This document shows positions 1 through 7,356 of a DNA stretch of 32,000 nt, piece by piece. A model generated the notes under the pieces. It was not told the DNA's origin. It made no database searches and saw nothing but the letters and a program-made list of their open reading frames with translations. Every line of letters begins with the position of its first letter. The first letter of the stretch is position 1. This DNA is from an uncultured Alphaproteobacteria bacterium. GTDB lineage: Bacteria; Pseudomonadota; Alphaproteobacteria; Rhizobiales; Beijerinckiaceae. The stretch lies in the NCBI GenBank assembly GCA_963759185.1, contig CAVWXV010000021.1:69247-101246 (forward strand), read 5' to 3'. The translations under genes were made by a program, and so were the position numbers.

Positions 1-1427
1 TGGCCGCCACCGCCGAGGGCAACGGGACCGTCGAAGTTCGTGGTCCCTCCTAAAAGCGTCAGATATTTCGTGTAAGACAGACCGAAGCGGGCATTGAACC
101 AAGGGAAGGGACCAGGGCTGCCGTGGCTGAACGGCAGATAGGCGACATCGAAGGTTATGCTGCTGCTGTTCGGACTGAGCGGATTACCGGTGGCGCTATT
201 CGTGCCGTATAAGGCGTCGGCCGAGCCCCTCACGGTATAATAGCTGGCGGTGAAGCTGTACGTGCTGTCGTAGACGTAATCCGCCGTGGCCTGGATGCTG
301 TTCAGATTGTCGCTCGGATTCGAGGTCAAGGTCTGCAGAAACGACGAATTATATTGGGCCGTTTCGTTGATGTCCGTCAGCTTGAGCTCGAATGCATGCG
401 GGCCATGAATGAACTGATATTGGGCGTCGAATCCGATGTCGAGGACCTGGTCGTTTCCGAAGCCGAAGACGCCGCCGGGTATTTCGTTGGCCAACATGCC
501 GAACGTGCCGATCATGAAACTGTGCTCACCGATCGTCGGCGCGAACGCGACCCGCCAATAAGGTGCGACGCCGTCGATGAGCGTATTGCCGGTCCCTTCG
601 CCGAGGGCGTTCTGGATTGAGTTGGAAAGACTGCGATAGCCGGTGATCTCGGCATAGATCATATTCTTCCACCACGTATAGACGCCGGCGCCCACGACTT
701 GGGCGGCGAAGAACCCTCCGCCGATCTGCGTCGTCGGCGGCGTGAAGCCAGGCCCGGTTGCCGAAGAAATATAAGGAAAGCCCCAGGCCGGCGTGGTGTT
801 CCACACATCCTGAACGGTCGGATTGTTGTTGACGTCGATGCCGTAAATAAAATCGATGCCAAAGAGTTTGGCCTTGTCGGTATAGCGGATATCCGTGTTG
901 TCGAGGGCCCACGCATGCGCCACGCCGTCATAGGTTCCCTGAATAAAGGCGCCGAGATTGCCGTAGATCGTGCCGCCGTAGAAAAGGCTCGCTTGCGAGA
1001 GAACCACGTTATCGTTCGTGTGCGTGTCCGGCGTGGGGGCCGCATCCATGTTTTTATCGAAATGCTCGAATTGCGGCCCCTGAATCATTGCCGCAATCGG
1101 CGGCGCTTTGGCGAAGGGCAGGCCGCCGCCCATCGTGTAGCCGTTGAGTTTGAACTCGCGTCCAAAGGGCGTCAGCTCGGGAAAAGCGGTGTGGCAGGTG
1201 GAACAGGGCTGCCCTGTCTGCGTCGCGAAACTCGGTATGGCCGCTGCCGGTTGCGGCTTCAACACCAGGCCGACGCAGAGCAGCGCGCCGGCGACGGCTG
1301 CGAGCCTGCCGAAGGCAATCCCGTTCCCCAGGCGACGCGAGGCATCATTGCCGGTGCCGGTTCCTTGGCGCCCGTCGAGCGATTGGCTCGCGGCGGCGTA
1401 AACCGGATTCGAAGATGTGGATGGCAT
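1..1427 (-). CDS. Monohaem c-type cytochrome fused to a putative outer-membrane beta-barrel (Cyc2-like fused cytochrome-porin architecture); 3' end runs off the window
   Basis: Manual reverse-complement translation stays open from ATG 1427 (alternative in-frame ATG at 1460) down to base 1, over 475 codons. It is absent from the ORF track, presumably because no stop lies inside the window. The N-terminus reads ...SRRLGNGIAFGRLAAVAGALLCVGLVLKPQPAAA | IPSFATQTGQPCSTCHTAFPELTPFGREFKLNGY, with a single CxxCH about 12 aa after a signal-peptide-like AxA site. The rest is G/Y/F/T/N-rich with strand-like alternating segments (YSFTASYYTVRG, ITFDVAYLPF, ARFGLSYTKY). The CDS call is solid; the functional class is inference. 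Confidence 0.8.
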   Translation of the reverse strand, partial: MPSTSSNPVYAAASQSLDGRQGTGTGNDASRRLGNGIAFGRLAAVAGALLCVGLVLKPQPAAAIPSFATQTGQPCSTCHTAFPELTPFGREFKLNGYTMGGGLPFAKAPPIAAMIQGPQFEHFDKNMDAAPTPDTHTNDNVVLSQASLFYGGTIYGNLGAFIQGTYDGVAHAWALDNTDIRYTDKAKLFGIDFIYGIDVNNNPTVQDVWNTTPAWGFPYISSATGPGFTPPTTQIGGGFFAAQVVGAGVYTWWKNMIYAEITGYRSLSNSIQNALGEGTGNTLIDGVAPYWRVAFAPTIGEHSFMIGTFGMLANEIPGGVFGFGNDQVLDIGFDAQYQFIHGPHAFELKLTDINETAQYNSSFLQTLTSNPSDNLNSIQATADYVYDSTYSFTASYYTVRGSADALYGTNSATGNPLSPNSSSITFDVAYLPFSHGSPGPFPWFNARFGLSYTKYLTLLGGTTNFDGPVALGGGG

Positions 1428-1528
1428 GGTCTCTGGCCCCCCAATCGTACCATCGATCATTGCGCGTGACGATAGTTAAAAGACTTACACCTGGTTAGGC
1501 ATTATGCAAACGCGAAATCAGACCGGTC

Positions 1529-1542
1529 TTGAGCTAGCTCAG
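1529..1542. promoter_or_regulatory. Candidate FNR/FixK/CRP-family box (TTGAGCTAGCTCAG; perfect 12-bp palindrome TGAGCTAGCTCA) in the divergent cytochrome-barrel / HiPIP intergenic region
   Basis: The sequence matches TTGA-N6-TCAA with one mismatch (TCAG). It lies about 70-110 bp upstream of the minus-strand cytochrome-barrel start and about 190 bp upstream of the HiPIP start. The call rests on the sequence pattern only. Confidence 0.3.
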
Positions 1543-1733
1543 AAAAATCTAGACACCTGCGACAAAGTTGCAATGCCGGATCGGCGCTGATTTGAGCTCA
1601 ATCAACAATAGATCGTCTGTCGCTTTTATTGTCTCTTCTGTGACGGCCGGTGCATATGCGGACCTCCAAATTCGATGTTGTGTTGCCGGACCGTGATTCG
1701 TGTGCGCCGGCACGCCTTTGGAAGGGATCGACC

Positions 1734-2006
1734 ATGACAAAACCATGCCAAGCGAAGTGTGACGCGGGTCGGCGCAATTTTCTGCAGAAGGCTCTCGCAG
1801 TTGCCGCTTCGGTGCCGGTGATCGCCATGACCGTCCGTGCTGCACAGGCGATGCAGATCTCAAAATCCTCAGTCGCTTATCAGGGTACGCCCTATGAAGG
1901 CAAAATCTGTGCACAGTGCCGCCTGTTCTCGGCGCCGCATTCCTGCCAAGCCGTCGAAGGCTCCATCAGTCCGAAGGGCTGGTGCAGGCTGTGGGCGACG
2001 GGCTGA
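1734..2006 (+). CDS. High-potential iron-sulfur protein (HiPIP) with twin-arginine signal
   Basis: Product: MTKPCQAKCDAGRRNFLQKALAVAAS... with the Tat motif RRNFLQ. The C-terminal part is ...GKICAQCRLFSAPHSCQAVEGSISPKGWCRLWATG, giving the four-Cys HiPIP pattern CxxC...C...GWCxxW. The internal ATG at 1734 is preferred over the ORF-track start at 1650. Confidence 0.85.
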   Translation: MTKPCQAKCDAGRRNFLQKALAVAASVPVIAMTVRAAQAMQISKSSVAYQGTPYEGKICAQCRLFSAPHSCQAVEGSISPKGWCRLWATG

Positions 2007-2258
2007 CGCTCTCTCATGCGCCGACCGTCGCTTCTAGGGGGTCGACAAGCCCTCTTCTTGCAGCAGAACAGAAGTGCGAAAGCGCCATGAGGATCGATTT
2101 GAGTTTAATAAAGAGCAGGTCTTTGTTGTCCTCTATTGTATATCAGTGCGATGAATGATGCGTATAGAGCCGTCGCTCGCAAAGTTACAGGAACAACGAC
2201 AAGCGGAATTTCACATTCGGATGAGCCGGAACCGTTGCGATGTTTGGAGAGACCCAGC

Positions 2259-2387
2259 ATGACAAAGCCATGTGAAGGGGATCGTGACGACGCACGGCGC
2301 AGTTTTCTGCAGACGGCTCTCGCTGTTGCCCCGCCGGATCGCCCGCCGCCGATGCGGGGCGCCGACGGTGCGACGCCATCTCCATAA
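2259..2387 (+). pseudogene. Decayed duplicate of the HiPIP 5' end (leader/Tat signal only)
   Basis: MTKPCEGDRDDARRSFLQTALAVA... parallels MTKPCQAKCDAGRRNFLQKALAVA of the HiPIP at 1734. The upstream DNA is also alignable (gatttgagctcaatcaac.. at 1589 versus gatttgagtttaataaag.. at 2096). After the signal peptide the frame gives PPDRPPPMRGADGATPSP-stop, and I could not recover a Cys-cluster domain in any frame. Confidence 0.55.
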
Positions 2388-2568
2388 GCCGCCTCGCCGA
2401 CGAAGCCGTCAGAAAATCGCCGGCCTATTTTAGCGCGTATGCGCCCCGTCCCCGGCCTTCTGAGTGTCATTCGCACTGCAGCGCCTCAACGGGGTCGAGT
2501 GCTGCGACTTTTCGCGCAAACGGGAGCGGAGCTAATTCCGTTATCGGCGTTGGCCAAGAAATCTCAGA

Positions 2569-3183
2569 CTATCGTTCGGAGGAATTGTACTCGACAAAGC
2601 TCAGATATGAAGCGAGGGCCTCAATTTCGTGTGGGGACAAGTTCCTCGCAATTCGGGGCATGGGCCCTGCGGCCGCGTGAAACCCTTCGCCCCACTGCTC
2701 GAGCCTCCTTTTCAAGTAGGAATACCCCAATCCTCCCAAACGGGGAATTTCTCTAACTCCCTCAGCATGCGGGGCATGACAAACAAGGCAGGCCGGAATA
2801 TTGGCATCCGGAATCCCCAGTTCATATATCTTACTTCCTGCGGCTACCAACGCCCCATCTCCGTCTTTAGCGGCTTCGGGAGGCAGCGTCGAAAAATAAG
2901 TTGCGAAGTCATGCGCCATCTCCGGACTGACATTTGCCGCGGCAGCCCACATATAATCTTTCGAATACGGATTATCTCGGATGTGCTCGCGAAAGTTCAG
3001 CAGCTGATTTTCGATGTATCGATGTCTCTGTCCGGCCAATCGTGGCGCGCTCGCAAATCCTTGGGCCGATATTCCATGGCACCACGTGCAATTGCGGACG
3101 GGGACGGACTCACCTGCCAACAGCGGACCGGCGGCAGAAGAAACAATCGCCAGGATTGCTATTTTTGATTTGATGAGTTTCAT
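2569..3183 (-). CDS. Dihaem cytochrome c (c4-type, class I)
   Basis: The 204-aa product has an N-terminal signal (MKLIKSKIAILAIVSSAAGPLLA) and two CxxCH motifs (CTWCH, CLVCH), each followed by the PRLAGQ / PRLGGL segment typical of c4 half-domains. Confidence 0.85.
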   Translation of the reverse strand: MKLIKSKIAILAIVSSAAGPLLAGESVPVRNCTWCHGISAQGFASAPRLAGQRHRYIENQLLNFREHIRDNPYSKDYMWAAAANVSPEMAHDFATYFSTLPPEAAKDGDGALVAAGSKIYELGIPDANIPACLVCHAPHAEGVREIPRLGGLGYSYLKRRLEQWGEGFHAAAGPMPRIARNLSPHEIEALASYLSFVEYNSSER

Positions 3184-3241
3184 GATCCAGATTCTCGCGC
3201 TTTACGCATATCGAAACCGGTGACCTGCAAAACAACCGAGT

Positions 3242-3889
3242 TCACTTCAGATAGCTGAGATAGGCCGCGAGGGCGGCGATCTGTGGTTGGGTCAAGTTAT
3301 GTGTGGTCGGCACCATAATGGCCGATATATCTTTCGCCGAACCTTGACCGCGCTCTTTGCTCCAATTGGTCAATACTTTTATGATGTACCAATAGAGTTG
3401 GCCTGCCAACCGGGGAATTTCGCCGTGACCCTTGGCCTCCGGACCATGACAAGCGAAGCACGCAGGAACGTTGGCTTCGGGTAATCCCTCCTCGAAGATT
3501 GTTTTTCCCAAGGCCCGGGACTCCCTGGGAGCCTCCCCAAATGGATTAGGATTTAGATCCTTGAAATGCGCGGCCAATCCCGGAATCATCGACGAACTCA
3601 GGCCGTGGGCCACGTTAAACATGATGGGGTTCGTCCGTCGGCGCTCAATAAAGGCCCGCAACTGATTTTCAATATACTCGGGCTGCTGCCCGGCGAGTTG
3701 CGGGATGGTAAAATATCCACGATAACCCTGCCCCGACAGCCCATGGCAGGTTTTGCAATATTCCAACTTAGCCTGAAGCTGTTGCTTCGAGGAGCCGTCC
3801 GCGCCCCTGTCGTCCGCGCGAGCCGCCGCGGAAAGGGCAATAGCGAAGACTGCTGTTTGCAATGCCAATCGTAAACTAAAGACCTTCAT
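3242..3889 (-). CDS. Dihaem cytochrome c (c4-type), paralogue of 4747..5397
   Basis: Starting at MKVFSLRLALQTAVFAIALSAAARA (ATG 3889) places GGAGG 6 nt upstream. Two CxxCH motifs are present (CKTCH, CFACH). The ORF-track start at 3943 adds an unlikely 18-aa extension. Confidence 0.85.
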   Translation of the reverse strand: MKVFSLRLALQTAVFAIALSAAARADDRGADGSSKQQLQAKLEYCKTCHGLSGQGYRGYFTIPQLAGQQPEYIENQLRAFIERRRTNPIMFNVAHGLSSSMIPGLAAHFKDLNPNPFGEAPRESRALGKTIFEEGLPEANVPACFACHGPEAKGHGEIPRLAGQLYWYIIKVLTNWSKERGQGSAKDISAIMVPTTHNLTQPQIAALAAYLSYLK

Positions 3890-3943
3890 GACCAGCCTCC
3901 GCGCCCTTCGTTTTGTGTCATTGTCCAGCTGACCTTCGTGCAA

Positions 3944-4442
3944 TCCAGTGGACGCTGGACTTGAGCGGCTTTTCGCTTAATTTGCGCTGGCGGCTTTGGC
4001 CCTTGAATGGCCATTGTCGGGACGTTGATCGAGAGTTCGGCGCGGATAGGATCACGCATCGCCCAGCCTTTAATCCTCCTGGAGCAAAGATTGAGCATGG
4101 TCTCCAGATAGAGCCAGCCTTCATCGGTTGGCACATCGGTGATAAGTGTGAAGCGTCCGGGGTGGAATAGAAAACGACAATTGCGTTCCATCGCGCGCAT
4201 TCCAGCTATGACACGCAATGTGCCCGTGCCTCATGATAAACAGTCACGTGGACCGCTGCCAATTCAATGCCGACGATCAAGCAAATTTCATCAATGCGAT
4301 GCATTTCGGCAACAGCCGAGTGATGCGGGCGATCCGCCCAGAATCCCGTGCGTGGGATCGCTTTATGACGGCGGGATTCGAACTTGCCAGATATGTATGC
4401 GCCGTTACGGTTCAGGTAAGGGTTGAGGTCACTCGCTGCCAT
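3944..4442 (-). mobile_element. IS3-family transposase remnant (fragment of the DDE/rve core, no intact ORF)
   Basis: ORF 3886..4218(-) contains ...ITDVPTDEGWLYLETMLNLCSRRIKGWAMRDPIRAELSINVPTMAI. This matches the conserved IS3 OrfB segment (D-I/V-T-Y-I...EGWLYLAxVxDLxSRxIVGWAM...). The downstream HSDRGSQY region is missing, and no terminal inverted repeats were identified. The outer limits of the remnant are uncertain. Confidence 0.55.
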
Positions 4443-4746
4443 AGGTTACAATGTTTACGATCCTTGCATTGCCAATCTCGGCTGCGATTGGAGAATATGT
4501 CCGAGGCGTCAGTGCGTCAGAGGGGGCTCAACCAAAAACCGTCAACGCCAACTCCCGACGGCGCCGAAACTTGCGCCCGGTCGTTCGTTTGGACGGCCCA
4601 ATGTCGGCGGAGCGGGCCGCCGCCGACATCGCGGTTGCGGCGCGCCAATCTTCTGTCAGTGGCCGGTGCCCCAAGCGGGCGCCAGTGGTGGTCTCGATCA
4701 GCGTGTCGGTCATGTAGTGGCGAGAGATAATGTTGGAGGGGGGATC

Positions 4747-5397
4747 ATGAAAATCATTAGCTTAAAGTCCTTGTCGTACGCCGCAATTCTTGCAATTGTT
4801 TTCGCTGCGTCGGGCCGCGCGGAAGAAAGCAGTACGGACACCGTTTCGAAGCAAGAGCTTCAAGCTAAGATAGTGTATTGCAAAACGTGCCATGGGGTGT
4901 CGGCGCAAGGTTTTCGTGGAGCTTTTCCAATACCACGACTGGCGGGGCAGCAGCCCGAATATATTAAAAATCAGTTGCGGGCCTTTATTGAGCGCCGACG
5001 GACGAACCCCGTCATGTTTAGGGTGGCGCACGTCTTGAGCCCGTCGATGGTCGCGGGCTTGGCCGCGCATTTCAAGGATCTAAATCCTAAACCAGTAGGT
5101 GGGGCTCCAAAGAAACTCGTGGCCGAGGGAAAAACAATCTTCCAGGAAGGACTTCCCAGCGCCGATGTTCCACCATGCGCGTCCTGTCACGGTCCAGAGG
5201 CTAAAGGCAACGGGGAATTTCCGCGGCTGGCCGGTCAGCTCAATGACTACATCATCAATAAGCTGGTGAATTGGAACAAAGAGCGGGGTCAGAATCCCGC
5301 AAAACCAGACACATCAGCTATTATGGCGCCGATCGCGCACCAGTTGACGGAGCAGCAGATTGCAGCTGTCGCTGCCTATCTCAGTTATCTGGAGTAA
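4747..5397 (+). CDS. Dihaem cytochrome c (c4-type), paralogue of 3242..3889
   Basis: The start MKIISLKSLSYAAILAIVFAASGRA (ATG 4747) is preceded by GGAGGGG. Two CxxCH motifs are present (CKTCH, CASCH). The product aligns over its full length with the 3242..3889 product. The ORF-track start at 4423 adds an Arg/Gly-rich non-protein-like extension. Confidence 0.85.
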   Translation: MKIISLKSLSYAAILAIVFAASGRAEESSTDTVSKQELQAKIVYCKTCHGVSAQGFRGAFPIPRLAGQQPEYIKNQLRAFIERRRTNPVMFRVAHVLSPSMVAGLAAHFKDLNPKPVGGAPKKLVAEGKTIFQEGLPSADVPPCASCHGPEAKGNGEFPRLAGQLNDYIINKLVNWNKERGQNPAKPDTSAIMAPIAHQLTEQQIAAVAAYLSYLE

Positions 5398-5535
5398 TCG
5401 CTTCCTTTGGATCAGATCATGTTGCCTTTAAACGCAACAATGACGCTCCTTAGATGCTCTGACTAATTGTTCTTGTCCTCGCCCATCTGAGGAGCAATTG
5501 CCAAACACTGGGCGGCGCGTTTGAAGACGGAGCGC

Positions 5536-5925
5536 TCACCGCCCCATATTGTTGAGATCCTGCGCGACGCGCTCGATTCGCGTCGCCGTTTCGTCGAGCG
5601 ACTGGGCGAGGCGATCCGCCCATTCGCCCTGCGCGCTCGTCTGATCATGCGAATCGGATTTGAGATCGGCGATCTCGGCTTCGAGTGAAGTGATTCGACG
5701 ATGTGCCTCCGCCAGTTCGTCGGCGACTGTAATGGCGGCCATGATGGTGAGGCGCTGATCGCCGATTTCGCCGAAATTCCGGCGCAGCATTTCGATTCGC
5801 TCGTCGATCTGCCGCGCGAACCCCTGGAGATGGGCTTCCTCGCCTTCGGCGCAAACCATGCGATAGGCATGGCCGGCGATCATGACCGACACTTGCGTCG
5901 CGCCGCCCTTGTCGTCAACGCCCAT
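5536..5925 (-). CDS. zapA: Cell division protein ZapA
   Basis: ...QVSVMIAGHAYRMVCAEGEEAHLQGFARQIDERIEMLRRNFGEIGDQRLTIMAAITVADEL... matches the ZapA core. The gene sits immediately downstream of a DUF4164 coiled-coil gene, as is usual in alphaproteobacteria. Confidence 0.8.
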   Translation of the reverse strand: MGVDDKGGATQVSVMIAGHAYRMVCAEGEEAHLQGFARQIDERIEMLRRNFGEIGDQRLTIMAAITVADELAEAHRRITSLEAEIADLKSDSHDQTSAQGEWADRLAQSLDETATRIERVAQDLNNMGR

Positions 5926-5944
5926 AGGTCACCCTCATATGGCC

Positions 5945-6235
5945 TCAATGCTCTTGCGCGGCAGCCTGCGCCAAGATCGTCCTGATGGTCGAACTCGCCT
6001 TGGCGAGCCGGCGCGCCACCTCGCCATTCGCCAATTCGAGCGATTTCGATCTAGCCTGGGCGTCGTCGAGTTCGAGGGCGAGGCGCGTGCGGTCGTCTTG
6101 CAACACCGCAAGCTCTTCTTCGAGGTTGCTGCGCTCTGCATCGGCCTTGAGCCGGCGCTCGCAGGCGGCTTCGAGCTGGTCGAGCGCAGCCGAAAGGTTT
6201 TTGAAGGCCAACTCAAGTTGGGCGTAAGTGCTCAT
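5945..6235 (-). CDS. DUF4164-type coiled-coil protein (ZapA-associated)
   Basis: The 96-aa product from the internal ATG at 6235 is MSTYAQLELAFKNLSAALDQLEAACERRLKADAERSNLEEELAVLQDDRTRLALELDDAQ... The upstream part of the 203-aa ORF-track version does not look like protein. Confidence 0.7.
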   Translation of the reverse strand: MSTYAQLELAFKNLSAALDQLEAACERRLKADAERSNLEEELAVLQDDRTRLALELDDAQARSKSLELANGEVARRLAKASSTIRTILAQAAAQEH

Positions 6236-6450
6236 TCGATACTGGATCTGGATCGCCGCTATTAGGCGCTCCTCCGGCGCCCTCGTCAACTCGCGAAGAC
6301 GCCAGGCCGGCAGTCGAATTGAAAAGTAACAACAACTATTTGCCCAATTCGGCTGAGACGGCTGCGAAGATCGTTGCCGAGACATGGCGCGTTTCGCAGG
6401 CAGAGGCGATCGGCGATCCGTCTCGATTCTGAAGCGAAAACGCTGTGCTG

Positions 6451-6474
6451 CAATGCACAACGAAATGCACAACG
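6451..6474. repeat. Perfect 12-bp tandem duplication (aatgcacaacga x2)
   Basis: Read directly from the sequence: gc AATGCACAACGA AATGCACAACGA tgg. Confidence 0.9.
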
Positions 6475-6836
6475 ATGGTCTGCTGTCAGCCTGCGGATCT
6501 ATTGTTTTCGCTTCGCATCGGTTCAGTCGATTTCGTCCGCATACTTCACCTGCCATTCCTATTTGGCGCGCTGCACTTGGCGTTTCGTCATTTTATTTCT
6601 AAACAGTCACCGCGACATTTTGGCCATGCATGGAAGGGCAGGGGATTCACCTGCGGCGTCTTGCGCAGCATTTGATCTCATGCAAGACAAAGGCACCCAA
6701 AGGAGCGTTGGCGCGGCGGCGATCTCGAGACGATCCTTAGGCGGGGTCGCTCAGCATCGGGAGGGTCTGTAGAAGCCCCAGGGATTTCGTGCAGATGTTC
6801 CGGGTCCAAGAATTTGAGGCAGGGCGCATTGGCTCT

Positions 6837-6878
6837 GTCTCATGGGCTCCGTCTCATGGGCTCCGTTTCATGCGGGCC
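6837..6878. repeat. 14-bp tandem repeat (gtctcatgggctcc x2 plus a degenerate third unit)
   Basis: Units at 6837-6850 and 6851-6864 are identical. Unit 6865-6878 (gtttcatgcgggcc) has 4 mismatches. Confidence 0.85.
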
Positions 6879-7356
6879 TTCCTCATTGGTTTACAGGGTT
6901 GGTATACGGCCGATGCGTTGAAGGAGCATGGACTGAGGCACGCTGCGCGGCGCAAATGATCTCCATCGGAGCTCGGCGGCAATGAACTGAACGCAGCCAT
7001 GAACGTTAGCCCTGTGGCAGAGCATCCAGAACTCGGACCTGTCGGAAATCGCCCCGAAGCCACGCGAATACGCAGAGGGACCGTGCCGGAAGCGGTAACT
7101 TGACGAGATTTTCGTGATGAAGGGAGTTGTAACCCGGGGTGTGACGACGATGGCGCAGTCTACAGGTGCGAGCCTGGGGCCATCGGTGCGGTCAGCACAC
7201 CGGTGGACATTGTCTGATGGACCGAGCAGCCGGCCGGCTTCTCAAAACGCGATAAAGTTAGAAGATTTCCAGCATTTGGAAGTGGAAAAAGGCGTGCGGT
7301 TTGATCCGCATTAAGGCGCGCGGCTTGATGAGCGCCTGATTTCGAGCGCATCGGGG

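Noticed and set aside
526-1469. ORF-track entries 699..1469 (+, 256 aa), 526..912 (-) and 659..1045 (-)
   Set aside because: Their products are Arg/Pro/Gly-rich and of low complexity. They overlap the much longer motif-bearing minus-strand frame (CxxCH plus barrel-like sequence) that runs off the window, so they are shadow ORFs of a GC-rich gene.
2388-2568. A frameshifted C-terminal HiPIP domain completing the second HiPIP copy
   Set aside because: Translating all three forward frames gave no CxxC...C...GWC pattern. Only scattered Cys appear (for example ECHSHC, GVECCDF). I treat it as decayed or unrelated spacer.
4423-4746. N-terminal 108-aa extension of the c4 ORF (track start 4423), and similar long extensions at 11354, 1650, 3943, 28423, 17527, 18539 and 29261
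   Set aside because: The extensions are Arg/Gly-rich or overlap upstream genes. Internal ATG or GTG starts with Shine-Dalgarno sequences give canonical N-termini (signal peptides or family-typical starts).
5398-5535. Possible 6S RNA (ssrS) downstream of zapA, as in many proteobacteria
   Set aside because: Only about 138 nt are available. I could not build the long closing stem and central bubble, and the complementary segments I found are not nested. The region more likely holds only a weak bulged hairpin (GGCGGCGCG...GCGCTCACCGCC) serving the convergent c4 and zapA genes. Rfam cmscan would settle it.
6451-6878. CRISPR-like array
   Set aside because: The only tandem repeats are 12-15 bp units in 2-5 copies without spacers (6451-6474, 6837-6878, 25642-25710). 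This is not CRISPR architecture, and no cas genes are present.
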